DNA of 64,000 nucleotides from Octopus vulgaris (taxonomy: Eukaryota), in contig OX597818.1 in NCBI GenBank assembly GCA_951406725.2, positions 14,880,001-14,944,000 on the forward strand, written 5' to 3'. The notes under the pieces are model-generated. The model did not search any database. It saw only the letters and a program-made list of their open reading frames with translations, and was not told the origin of the DNA. A program made the position numbers and the translations under genes. Position 1 is the first letter of the stretch. Every line of letters begins with the position of its first letter. Of the stretch, positions 25,213-37,248 are shown one piece after another.

Positions 25213-26936
25213 AGATCTTGGTATAATTTGAGCTTTTTGCCATAACCCCAAGTTGAAAATAGAGCTGAGAGAAGGCTCTAGATTTTCCAGAGTGTTTAAT
25301 ATCAAATTTGATGTGGTCATTGTTAAATTTTTGGTATATGATGACAACCTCTACCATTCTGAGCAAAGGTAACAGCTTCTATACCACCTCTCATTTCTCT
25401 ACATATCCTCATGACAGGGTTCTAACCCTGAAATATTGAAAAAAATGCAAGTTTACCAAAAGTGAGAACTTTTTCCCCCCCAAGGTAACTTGCAGTGAAA
25501 TTACCTTCAGAAGTTAAAATATGTCACAAATGTATTTGAACTAACCTAAAAGTTTTTTTATTTCTTATTACTGCTTAGCGCTGCTTCTACTACTATATTT
25601 GTTCTGACCTGATCTGTGTGCACAAGTCAGTCACTAATATTGACTGTTCCATTATAAAGCTATGGCTTTCTAATCTGCTCAGGGTTATCTCTCTCTGATG
25701 TCTTTATGTGTGTGTATGTGCATGAATGAGTATGTATGTGTGTGTAGGTATGCGAATGTGTATGTGCATTGTGTATGTATATATGTATGTGTAAGTGTAT
25801 ATGTTTGTGCATATATGCATATGTATCTGTATAAGTGTATGCACACACACACAAAACAGTAGCATACTTGAGCTTTTTTCCTAAAATATCTGACCATGCA
25901 AAGTTTCCTGTCTTGTTGTATGTAGTTTAAATGAAACATAGTGAGATAGACTTAAAATTGATTTGGGAAGCCAGTATTATGCAAGTTAGAAATAGAAGAG
26001 TGTGTAAACTTTTTTGTGTTTCTTTCATTTATACTTTGCTTCTGTTACTTTCTCCTTTATTTCCAACTTGCGTGGTAGCGGCTTGCCAAAACAATTTTAT
26101 ACTGTCTTGTATTTTTTCACTTTTGTTTCTGTTTTTTTTTCTTTTTGTGTGTGTTTAGTTATGTCAATTCATGCAGTCTAGTTGATAGGAGATGGAGTTC
26201 AATAGGTGATGATATTCTAGACATGTAAATGCTCTTGGAACTAGAAGAATAAGAATTATCATTTGATAAGAAGTGGGGAAAAGTGAAGAATAAGAAATTT
26301 AAAAATGATGTAGAAGAAAACCACTGGGAAAAGACCTGGTGAACAAAATATAATAAAAGAATACAGAATAATAAAAAGGAAGGTAGAGGTTAAATATGCA
26401 GGCTGAAGAGGTATTGAAGACATATAGTTTGTCATTTCTGTGTCTGCTTTGTTGACAATGACTGGCAGGATGAGGAGAAAATACCAGATTGGTTGTTGAG
26501 AAAAAGGAATTCACATGGCCTTGTTTGCATTTAGAGTTAGGCTTAGATCTAAGTTTAGACAGACTTGGTCGTCAGAAAACATTTTTAGGAGCAAGGTAAT
26601 TTCATGTGTAGGTATACTTGTAGTAATCTTTAAGTGATATAAACTTGTGAAGCCTCAATTTATGTGTCATTTAAGAAATTGGGAGCCTATAGGTGTTTCA
26701 TAAAAAACATTGATATGAGCAGCTTCACAAACTAAAAATAAAAAACTAGACTGCAAGATTCTGTTTTTTCCAAAAAAATTTATATTTGCATTTATAAAGA
26801 GGAAGCCTCAGCAAAATGAAAGTAAAAAAAGAAAAAGAAAATGGAGCTTAATGAAGTATTTTTGATATTGATTGATTTATCTGATTTTATTTGATTTTAT
26901 TGCAGAAGTTATACTGTTGTGGTATTGGCTTGATAA

Positions 26937-27167
26937 GGCAGCAAGTTGGCAGAAATATTGGCACGCCAGGCGAAATGCTTAGTGGTATTTCGTCTGCTGC
27001 TACATTCTGAGTTCAAATTCCACCAACGTTGACTTTGCCTTTCATCCTTTCGGGGTTGATTAAATAAGTACCAGTTACACACTGGGGTTGATATAATCGA
27101 CTTAATCCATTTGTCTGTCCTTGTTTGTCCCTTCTGTGTTTAGCCCCTTTTGGGTAGTAAAGAAATA
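26937..27167 (+). mobile_element. Nin/Deu-domain SINE
   Basis: Highly similar to 24995-25212. Confidence 0.85.
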
Positions 27168-27519
27168 GTTATTGGCTTGATAATGTTTCTAGAATATAGG
27201 AGAGTATATTACTTTTCATTGGAGAATAATAGAAACCAGGTATACATGCAGTGTGTTTGTGTATGGGCATGAATGTCTACACAAGATTTTGCCTGCCAAA
27301 TCTTACTCGTAAGATATTAGTCAACCCTTCACTGTAGCAGAAGCACCACTTGCCCACAACAACATGTTATCTCATCAAAGCAGAGCTTTATTCTTTACAT
27401 GTCTGTGCATTAAATTAGGTCAGTCATACAACTTTCCACTACTGATAGGACATAATGCTATGCATATGCATTATATATGTGTGTGTGTGTGAGGTGCAAA
27501 GCAAACATGACCATACCTT

Positions 27520-27840
27520 GGTAAAAGGTATTTATTAGCAGCAGACACAATATTGACACTGAGAGGTAATATTTATTCCCACTTAAAATGTGGATGTTTT
27601 ATTAGAACAAACTATACTGACATAGCTACCAAATGAGAGAAACTCTCACATTGGCTTTCGGTGCAAAATGCTAGTAATATAAACAAGAGTGAATTTTGCA
27701 CCAAAGGCCAATATTAGAGTTTCTCTCATGGTATCTACCACAGCAGAGTTTGTTCTAACTGAACATCCATGTTTAAGTGGGGATAAATATTACTTCTTTG
27801 TATTAGTACTGTCTCTGTTGCTAATTTATACTTTTTAACC
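27520..27840. repeat. Diverged inverted repeat, arms about 150 bp
   Basis: TGAGAGAAACTCT..GGTGCAAAAT vs ATTTTGCACC..AGAGTTTCTCTCA; spacer about 23 bp. Confidence 0.88.
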
Positions 27841-28010
27841 AGCTCACTGGTTAATCGTGATAATGGCACCTGCTCTTGTACATTCTATATTCTGCACTGG
27901 TAAATTCTATATATCACTGGCAGGGAAATGAGTTGTTACTATCTCTAACAATCGAGTGACCATCATTGACAGGACCAAAGAAGGTCGAAATCATGTGATC
28001 TTGTGTACAA

Positions 28011-28833
28011 ATGCAGGAGTGGCTGTGTGGTAAGTAGCTTGCTTACCAACCACATGGTTCCGGGTGCAGTCCCACTGCGTGGCACTTTGGGCAAGTGTCT
28101 TCTACTATAGCTCCAGGCCGACCAAAGCCTTGTGAATGGATTTGGTAGACAGAAAACTGAAAGAAGCCCATCATATATATGTGTATATGTATGTGTGTGT
28201 ATGTGTTTGTGTGTCTGTGTTTGTCCCCACAATATTGCTTGACGACCGATGCTGGTGTATTTACGTCCCCGTAACTTAGCAGTTCGGCAAAGAGACCAAT
28301 AGAATAAGTACTAGGCTTACAAAGAATAAGTCCTGGTGTCAATTTGCTTGACTAAAAAGGTGGTGCTCCAGCATGGCTGCAGTCAAAATAACTGAAACAA
28401 GTAAAAGAATAAAATAGTATATATATAGGCGCAGGAGTGGCTGTGTGGTAAGTAGCTTGCTTACGAACCACATGGTTCCGGGTTCAGTCCCACTGCGAGG
28501 CACCTTGGGCGAGTGTCTTCTAGTATAGCCTCAGGCTGGCCAAAGCCTTGTGAGTGGATTTGGTAGACGGAAGCTGAAAGAAGCCCATCGTATATATATG
28601 TATATATATATATATGTGTGTGTGTATTTGTGTGTCTGTGTTTGTCCCCCTAGCATTGCTTGACAACCGATGCTGGTGTGTTTATGTCCCCGTTACTTAG
28701 CAGTTTGGCAAAAGAGACCGATAGAATAAGTACTGGGCTTACAAAAGAATAAGTCCCAGGGTCGAGTTGCTCGATTAAAGGCAGTGCTCCAGCATGGCCA
28801 CACTCAAATGACTGAAACAAGTAAAATAGTAAA
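28011..28833 (+). mobile_element. Two head-to-tail full-length OR1-like SINEs (28011-28395, 28428-28833)
   Basis: Two complete copies about 30 bp apart. Confidence 0.9.
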
Positions 28834-29298
28834 AAAAATAGTATATTTACATATACACACACACATGTACAATCACTAATCTGAAATGTATCTATTTTCT
28901 TTCTTTTTTTCAGAAGGTATGTCATTTTGGAAAATTTCTGTTTGGATTACAAACTTACATTGGTTTCTATTGACAACCTGATGGATGTTTAAATATGCAT
29001 ACAGGGTATGTGGCCTACCTTTTAATTTTTATTGCAGTTAGTTATGCTTTGTGTTTCTATTTTTGTTTTTTTTTTTCCTTTACATGTCTGTGTGAATAAG
29101 ATTAGGTCAGTCATACAACTTTTCTTTAGTGATATGATATAACGCAATATATACACTGTGTGTTTGTTTTATATGTAATTATGCATAAAGACATTCAAAC
29201 TTTAACTGAAAACGCACTCAAAAGTATATATGTTGCATAAAAAATTAATGTTTGTTTGTAACTTTGAAGTTTTGGTGTTGGTCTGATTTCTGAGACTG

Positions 29299-29301
<3 letters not shown>

Positions 29302-29343
<42 letters not shown>

Positions 29344-29429
29344 TACATATATATGCATGCATACATATATACATACACACATACATACATACATGCATGC
29401 ATGCATATATACATACATACATACTTTAT

Positions 29430-29462
<33 letters not shown>

Positions 29463-29527
29463 CACACACACACACATATATATATATACATAAATATATA
29501 TATATATATATGTATGTATTTATATGT
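29302..29527. repeat. Compound (TA)/(CA)/(CATA) microsatellite, representative of dozens in the window
   Basis: Direct reading; similar tracts at 3330-3500, 25705-25850, 52045-52210, 63230-63350. Confidence 0.95.
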
Positions 29528-30320
29528 AAAAGAGAGAAAGAGTGAGAGAGTTGATTATCAGTTGATACTAGACTGACTTGTAATAAAGAAAGAAAAGTAC
29601 TCGAAACTGTTGTGATTTAACTTTTATCAAAGGCTGATTTTGCTTGTGTTACTTATTCAGAGTTTCCTTATTTCTAAATCTTCATATGTAATGATGCAAA
29701 AAGATAAAAATGGGTTTTGTAAAGCACATTTAAGATTGTCTAAATGTTATGTTATTCACTGAAGTGATCAACTAAATTATTAAAAATTAAATAGTCCATG
29801 TGTGTTTGTGTGTGTGTGTGTGTTTTTAATCTTTTAAATTTTGCCTGTTTCAGTTGTTTGACTGCTACTATGCTGGAATACCACCTTTAAGGCTTAGTCA
29901 AACAAATTGATCCTAGTACTTCTTTTTTAAGCTTGATACTTATTCTATCAGTCGCTTTTGCTGATGTGCTCAAACCACTGTTACAAAGACATAGACAAAC
30001 CAACATTGGTTGTCAAATGATGGTGTGAGTCAAGCAAACTCTAAGACAACAAAGGTTTATACATATATATTATATCTGCCTATATTTGTGCATATATATA
30101 TATTCTGTCTGTCTATCCATTTATCTATCTATCCATCTATCTATCTGTTTATCTACCTGTCTGTCTATGACAGACTTCTTTGTTTCCACTTACAAGGTTT
30201 TGATAAACCTGGGGCTCTTTCCCAAGGTGCCACATGTTAGGATTGAACTCAAGACCACATAGTTGGGAAGCAATCTTTTTAACAACACAGCCAAGCCAAA
30301 ACCATGCCGGTACATATACA

Positions 30321-32330
30321 TATCATCATCATCATCATCATCTAACATCCGTTTTCCATGCAGGCATCTCAACATCACTTTTATGTCTTTCTTTTCAATG
30401 CTTGAATGGATTGGACAACATAGCATCACACTACTTTTTGCATGTCTTTGTGCCTCCTTTGTGAGGTTCAACAGAGTGAGATTTGCTTTCAACACTTTTG
30501 CCCTTGACTTCCAGTTTTCCTTTCCAATAGGTTCCTTTCATATGGATCTCCAGGCACTTGTTTATCCAACTATCATTATTCATATACATGTCTACTAATA
30601 CAGTAGATTTGTTGTACACTACATCTAATTCCTGTTATACCCAGTTCATTTGTAAGCGCCTTAGTACCATATAGTTCATGCACATTTGCATTACACAGTC
30701 AGTACCTGTATCTCACTACCATAGAGTGTCGCTGATTACACATGGACATCATACAGTGTACCCCTCACTTAAAGAGAGATCCAAAAATTTCCCCCACCTC
30801 ACTCTTTTCTTATTCTGGCTGTAATACTTTCAAAACACCCTTCTCTGCTTCTCATAATATTACCTAGGTAACAGAAGCCATCAACTACTTCTATGAAGTC
30901 TTCTAAGCATTAGATAGAGTCTATTTTACTGGTGCTATGTCTGCTAACTACTTCTGTGCATCTGACACATAGAAAATTTTTCAATAACAGCCTAGTGCAC
31001 CTCTTGTGCTCCCAAAGTGCTCCCTTGTGCTCCCAAAGATCACTTCAAGCGCATGGTTAGGAATTCCTACCCACTTCTTTTCTATATCGAGTATGGCCTA
31101 TTCTCTAATGTCAACAAAGTCCTGTCTTCATACGTACTTATTAAAACTTTAGCCTTTGCTAATATTCTCTAAGGTTTCTTGATTCTGAGTTTTGTTTCCA
31201 TGTCTGGAATTTCTTCTCTAAACCTTCCACAAGTTCCACTATGAGCGCTAGGTCATCAGCATATGAGTTCCTATGGACAACAAGACTGGATCTTTTATAG
31301 TTTGCAAAAAACGTAAGAAGTAGCTGAGACCTGAACTTGATGTATACCTAGATGCATACTAAATTCTCACTCAATTCATTTCTAACTCTTACTCTTTTGA
31401 TTGCATCTCTGTACCTGACTGGTACCACTTTCCAACCACCAGATTACAGTTCCTGATACCCTGTCAAAGGCCTCTAGATCAACAATTGCTAAGTAGAGAA
31501 GTGTGAAGGCACATGGCTCAGTGGTTAGAGCATCGAGCTTACGATCGTGAGGTTGTGAATTCAAATCCCGGACCAGGCTGCATGTTGTGTTCTCGAGCAA
31601 GACACTTTGTTTCACGTTGCTCCAGTTCAATCAGCTGTAGAAATGAGTTACGACGTCACAGGTGCCAAGCTGTATCTGCTGTTACCTTTCCCTTGGATAA
31701 CTGGTGGCATGGAGAAGGGAGGCCAGTATTCATGGGCGACTGCTGGTCTTCCATAAAACAACCCTGCCCAGACTTGTGCCTGGGAAGGTAACTTTCTAGG
31801 TGCAATCCCACGGTCAGTCATGACCGAAGGGGGTCTCAAGTAGAGAAGAGGAGTCTTTGCTAAAAATCAAGTTCTCATGTAGTTGTCCCACTGGGAAGTT
31901 AACGTCAATAATACACAAACCAGGCATCAATCTGAACCATATTTCAGCTAGCAATTCTCTTCCTAATCAGTTGTACTAAGACTCTTTTTGTTTACTTCAT
32001 AACATGGTCCATCAGTTTGATACCACTATAGTTGCTTCTTCTCAATACATCTTCCTTATTCTTGTTTCAGTTGATGATACTATGACACCTGTATTACTTG
32101 ATTGACTATGTGAGTGACTAGCTTCAGCCATTCTTTGGCAGATATTTCTCAGCATCTTGGCCAATTATTTCTGATGGATCTACTACTTTCCCCATCTTCT
32201 TATCTTTAATGGCCATTTTGATACTGGTACCAATCTGTATTGGCTTAGGTTTTTTCAGAAAATGTTGATGGTATGAAAAGAGTAAAGGCTTGCATACATG
32301 AGCAACTACCTGACTCCAAATTAAAAAAAA
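30321..32330 (-). mobile_element. Decayed RTE-clade LINE (RT to 3' tail)
   Basis: Minus-strand remnants NYSGIKLMDHVMK, LYLAIVDLEAFDRV, YADD region near 31255, C-terminal region near 30480-30590, (CAT)n tail at 30321; split by a SINE. Confidence 0.8.
31502..31837 (+). mobile_element. tRNA-derived SINE (OR2-like) inserted in RTE LINE
   Basis: A box TGGCTCAGTGG, B-box-like GAATTCAAATCC; TSD AAGTAGAGAAG at 31491-31501 and 31838-31848. Confidence 0.9.
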
Positions 32331-32523
32331 AAACAACCTTGTCCAAGCCTCCACTTTTGAGAGAGATTTTTCAGGTGAAAATTCTCAAACCGTCTATAAC
32401 AGACAAGAAACATTGTTATGTATGAATGTTTGACTGCATGCATATATACATGAGAAATGCCTAAACCTAGAATTGGTAGTATACCAATTATATATATATA
32501 TCAACTGATATATATATATCTAT

Positions 32524-32725
32524 ACTCTTTTACTTGTTTCAGTCATTTGACTGTGGCCATGCTGGAGCACCACCTTTAGTCGAGCAAATCAACCCCAGGA
32601 CTTATTCTTTGGAAGCCCAGTACTTATTCTATCGGTCTCTTTTGCCGAACCGCTAAGTTACGGGGACGTAAACACACCAGCATCAGTTGTCAAGCGATGC
32701 TAGGGGGACAAACACAGACACACAA

Positions 32726-32756
<31 letters not shown>

Positions 32757-32928
32757 CATATATACGACAGGCTTCTTTCAGTTTTCGTCTACCAAATCCA
32801 CTCACAAGGCATTGGTCGGCCTGGGGCTATAGCAGAAAACAGTTGCCCAAGATGCCACGCAGTGGGACTGAACCCGGAACCATGTGGCTGGTTAGCAAGC
32901 TACTTACCACACAGCCACTCCTGTGCCT
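32524..32928 (-). mobile_element. OR1-like CORE-SINE, young
   Basis: Same family, most CpGs retained. Confidence 0.9.
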
Positions 32929-33049
32929 ATATATATATATATATTAAACAAACAAGTTTGTTTTCGAAGCATTGAAATGTATTGTAGAACAAGTAGAAAG
33001 ATAAATTTTATTCAATGTGTAGATACTGAACACTATATATATATATATA

Positions 33050-33429
33050 CTAGCAGTATCACCCGGCGTTGCTCGGGTTTGTAAGGGAAATAACAATAAA
33101 GCATTTTTAGAGAGTTATAGCCAAAAAATAGCAAAAAAATGGAAAAAAAATTATGGTAAATTTTTTTTTAGTTAAAAAGGTCGAGTTGCGTCCCCTAGAC
33201 AGTCTGTGGTTTGTGTTTCTGATTCTCGACCCCATGTCGAAATTATCGATTTTTTTCAGAACTGGGGGAACTTTTCAAAATTTTCGCTGCGTTAGTTTTG
33301 AATTATGACATTGGGCTATGTGTGTATCAAGTTTCATCAGAATCGGTTGAGAGCCGTGGTCAGGGTGAGGGTACAACCTAACAGACACACAGACACACAC
33401 ACACAGACAAACTGCCGTTTATATATAGA
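33050..33429 (-). mobile_element. Non-autonomous Helitron
   Basis: Minus strand reads A|TCTATATAT...CCCGAGCAACGCCGGG..CTAG|T: 5' TC, subterminal GC hairpin, 3' CTAG, inserted between A and T in a TA microsatellite. Confidence 0.8.
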
Positions 33430-33656
33430 TATATATATATATATATATATGCATAAAGGATAAAATCCTTTTTTAAAAGAAGAAAAATTTGTCAGCAGCC
33501 AGCCATGAGGGCTTCCGACAAATTTTTCTGCTTTTAAAAAAGGATTTTATCTTTTATATATATATACTGTTCAGTATCTATGTGCTGAATAAAATTTTTC
33601 TTTCTACTTTTACATGCACACACACACACACATGTATCATCATCATCATCATCATT

Positions 33657-33701
<45 letters not shown>

Positions 33702-33884
33702 GCTTATATTTATTCCATCTTTGGCCTTCTCTGCATTAAGATCTGAAATGTAAGATACTCTCTTATGATGAAGGCTCATCTTATCCAATGTTGATTGTGT
33801 CCATTATGGCTACATATTGTGATGGACTACATCTACCAACATTATTATGGATCTCCAAGCCCCCAGAAACAGCTGTTGACCTTA

Positions 33885-34598
33885 CACTGAACCTCAAAAG
33901 AAATGTGATTTTTTCAAATGTCATTTTTATATGGTAAATTCTGAAAATTTATTTCAGGAATGTAAGTGTAAATATTCCAAGACATGCTGTTTTATGGTTG
34001 AGACCCAAATTGCAGGTAACCTTTTGACTTTTCCTGAAACGAGATGCCAAAACACAGCTACATTGAATGCTGTGGGTGGCAGTCACAAACAGTTGTCATG
34101 AAAGCCAAAATGCACGTGCATCTCATGGAGGTTATGGGTATAAAAATCAACTTGAACTGCATTCCTGGTATTTGTACTTTGTTCACATCAGATATGACCC
34201 GGTTGTCAGCAGCACAGAGAGAACAAGCTATTGGCCAATTGCAATCAGGCTAAACCAGGTAGTCCCATGGCTGACAACTTATGTGGAACTGGAGGCAGCT
34301 TTCCTCAGGGAGTGGGCACAGGTGCCAATGGCTTTTGTGAATTGCCTTATGCACTCCATGTACTGACAGTGTATGACCGTTTTGAGCACTCAGGGAGGGC
34401 ATACATAGTATTGAACATGTCATGCACTACAATCTCGATGTGCTGGATCTGCCCACTACCAAAACACATGACAACGACCCATAGACTGTGGTCAAAGTGC
34501 ATCCAAGAAATTGACTTTATCAGATTTATCAAAATTTATCTTTGACATAAAGAAATATTTCAGTCACGCACGTCTTGCGTTTCTTTTGCAGTTCAGTG
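33885..34598 (+). mobile_element. Internally deleted Tc1-like transposon
   Basis: TA-flanked TIRs CACTGAACCTCAAAAGAAATG / CGTTTCTTTTGCAGTTCAGTG; keeps transposase N-terminus MTRLSAAQREQAIGQLQSG joined to C-terminus ELEAAFLREWAQVP..GGHT. Confidence 0.85.
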
Positions 34599-34751
34599 TA
34601 TAACACCTTTCTTCCCTCACTTTAATTTTCTCTATTGTTTGTACTCTGTCTAAGTTGGACCTATTAATATAAATATCTACATATTTATACTTAAAAATTC
34701 ATTATCCGAAAGTCTCCACCTTTTGCTTTCTCTCATTTTGCATGTATACAT

Positions 34752-35156
34752 GTGCAGGAGTGGCTGTGTGGTAAGTAGCTTACTTACCAACCACATGGTT
34801 CCAGGTTCAGTCCCACTGCATGGCACCATGGGCAAGTGTCTTCTATTATAGCCTTGGGCCTACCAAAGCCTTGTGAGTGGGTTTGGTAGATGGAAACTGA
34901 AAGAAGCCCATCGTATATGTGTATATATATGTGTGTTTGTGTGTGTGTGTCTGTGTGTCTGTGTGTCTGTGTTTGTCCCCCCAACATCTCTTGACAACCA
35001 ACGCTGGTTTGTTTGTGTCCCTGTAACTTAGTTGTTCGGCAAAAGAGACCAATAGAATAAGTACTAGGCATACAAAGAATAAGTCCTGGGGTCGATTTGC
35101 TTGACTAAAGTTGGTGCCCCAGCATGGCCACAGTCAAATGACTGAAACAAGTAAAA
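34752..35156 (+). mobile_element. OR1-like CORE-SINE
   Basis: Same family. Confidence 0.9.
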
Positions 35157-35983
35157 CAGAGAGACATATATACATATTTTGTATTTCATACCCAAACTAT
35201 TATATTTAATATATTTAATGTATCCAATTTGTTTATATGCATAATTGCCTCCCTCCCTCTCTCTCTCTCTGTATTTTATCATCATCATCATTTAATGTCT
35301 GTTTGAGTTTTAAGGGATATATTATCCTGGTGGTTACCATATTTTCTCACAAGTCAGTTTCAATTGCCAGCTAACCACAATGATCTGTATGTTGTATCCA
35401 AGCTAACAACGAGTTGTTAGGCCTTGATAAATTCTCCTGTTGGAACATGTGTAGGTCCCGAAAATGGGCTGTAAATAACTGTTAAATAAAATTATGGATA
35501 TGAAAAATCTCCATTCTCCATATTAATGTGTGTGTGTGTGTGTGTGTGTGTTGTTGTTGTTGTTGATGTCATAAGAATTTTTAAAGAACACCTGCCATGT
35601 CTGCAACAGATGTGGGCTTGTGTCTCACGGGCAGCTTTCGACTTTTTCTGTCCATAAAGGCTTTTCAACTCAATATTTGCATGCTGATGTTTATAGCTTT
35701 ACATGTGCTTCAAAATTCACTATTCCAAAAAGAGAATAAATATATATAATGTATGTATGTATGTACTTATATATATAAGTGTATAAGTGTATAAGGGCGG
35801 TGCCCCAGCATGGCCTCAGCCGGATGGCTGAAACAAGTAAAAGAGTAATATCTTGGTTAGAGCAGATGTTTCTTATGTCTTGAGAATTTCAGTTCTCTTC
35901 TAACTTACCTTCATGTGTTGGCATTGATCACTAAGATTGAAAAATACCTTAGGAATGAGAACCCAGGTTTGAAATTTCTCCAA

Positions 35984-36029
35984 GATACCTGATGAAGGCT
36001 GGAGGATATATCAGGTGAAACATTGTGTT
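35984..36029 (+). ncRNA. Minimal hammerhead-like motif (degenerate) in a PLE-type repeat (approx 35850-36110)
   Basis: GAUAC CUGAUGA A GGCUG..CAGGU GAAAC AUU GUGUU. Confidence 0.55.
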
Positions 36030-37201
36030 AGCAACAAACAAAATGAGGACAAATATCCAACAAATGTAAATAATGTACAAAATTCCTCATCTCTTAAATA
36101 TTGAACTGTATGTAATTTTATGTTGCTCCAGTCCACTCAGCTGGCAAAAATGAGTAATCGTGCAATGGACCAGCGTCCTGTCCAATTGAGGAATATATAC
36201 ACCAAAAAAACGAGAAACCAGCCCTAATGAGTTGGTGTGACTTGAGAAGGTAACTTTACCTTTTACTCCTCTGATTCCTCTTCCTATTCTTTCTTATGCT
36301 CATTTTCTTTTATCTGGACATGTCAACATCATCATCTTTTTCTCTTTTTCAAGCTGGAGTAATCATGTATCTCCTCTTCAACAATAGACCTGTCTTAATC
36401 ATGCTTAAACCTCTCATCTCTTGCAATAAAGCCATTTCCACTCAATACTGCACCCCAACGAAGTTGAGAGGTCTTGTTTTGCAAGTTACTTGGTGACCTT
36501 ATAAGTGCATGTGCCATGTAAAAAGCACCCATCATATTCTGTAAAGTGTTTAGTATTAGGAAGGCATCCAGCCATAGAAACCATTGCTAAAGCAATCATT
36601 GGAGCTTGACATAGTCCTCTTGCTTGTCAGTTCCTCTAGAACCAGCCAATCCATGCCAGGATGGAAGGCAGACGTTAATGATGATGATTGTAAGAGAGAG
36701 TCATTAGTCATGACATTTTTAGCTTTATGAGCATGTGAAATAAGTAAAATAACTGTTCAGCTTGAAGTGCAATAAACTGATGCTTGTTGATAACATGTGA
36801 ACAGGGAGATTGAAAGAAAGAGAGAATGCTGGAAGAAGGAAGTTCTGGGGAAATGTATAATGTTTAACAACAGGATTTGACAGGTGTGAAACTGTACGAA
36901 TAATGAGGAGAGAAGTGGTGGGTTCATTAGATGGTCTTATGCACAGGTAGTTCTTATTAGTTCAGAAGAGAAGAAGCAGTAGTATTAGTAGTAGTAGCAG
37001 CAGCGACAGTAGTTGTTGCTGTAGTGACGTAGTTTCATTGTTGTTTACACATAAATCAGTCTGTATTAAGCAGGTCCACAATAAAAAAAAAAAAATCACT
37101 GCAGCAACAACCATTCCACCTTATTACTGGATATCTTAAAATAATAGGGTAGTATTTGAAAGATGGTTAACTGCTAAATACTACTCTATCTAGTAAGTTG
37201 A

Positions 37202-37248
37202 GCTACATTGTGAGGGCTACATTGTGAGGGCTACATTGTGAGGGCTAC
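37202..37248. repeat. 14-bp tandem repeat, just over 3 copies
   Basis: GCTACATTGTGAGG x3. Confidence 0.95.

Noticed and set aside
31502-31575. tRNA gene (also SINE heads at 2161 and 51368)
   Set aside because: A/B boxes present but continuous with a SINE body, with a TSD at 31502; no convincing cloverleaf.
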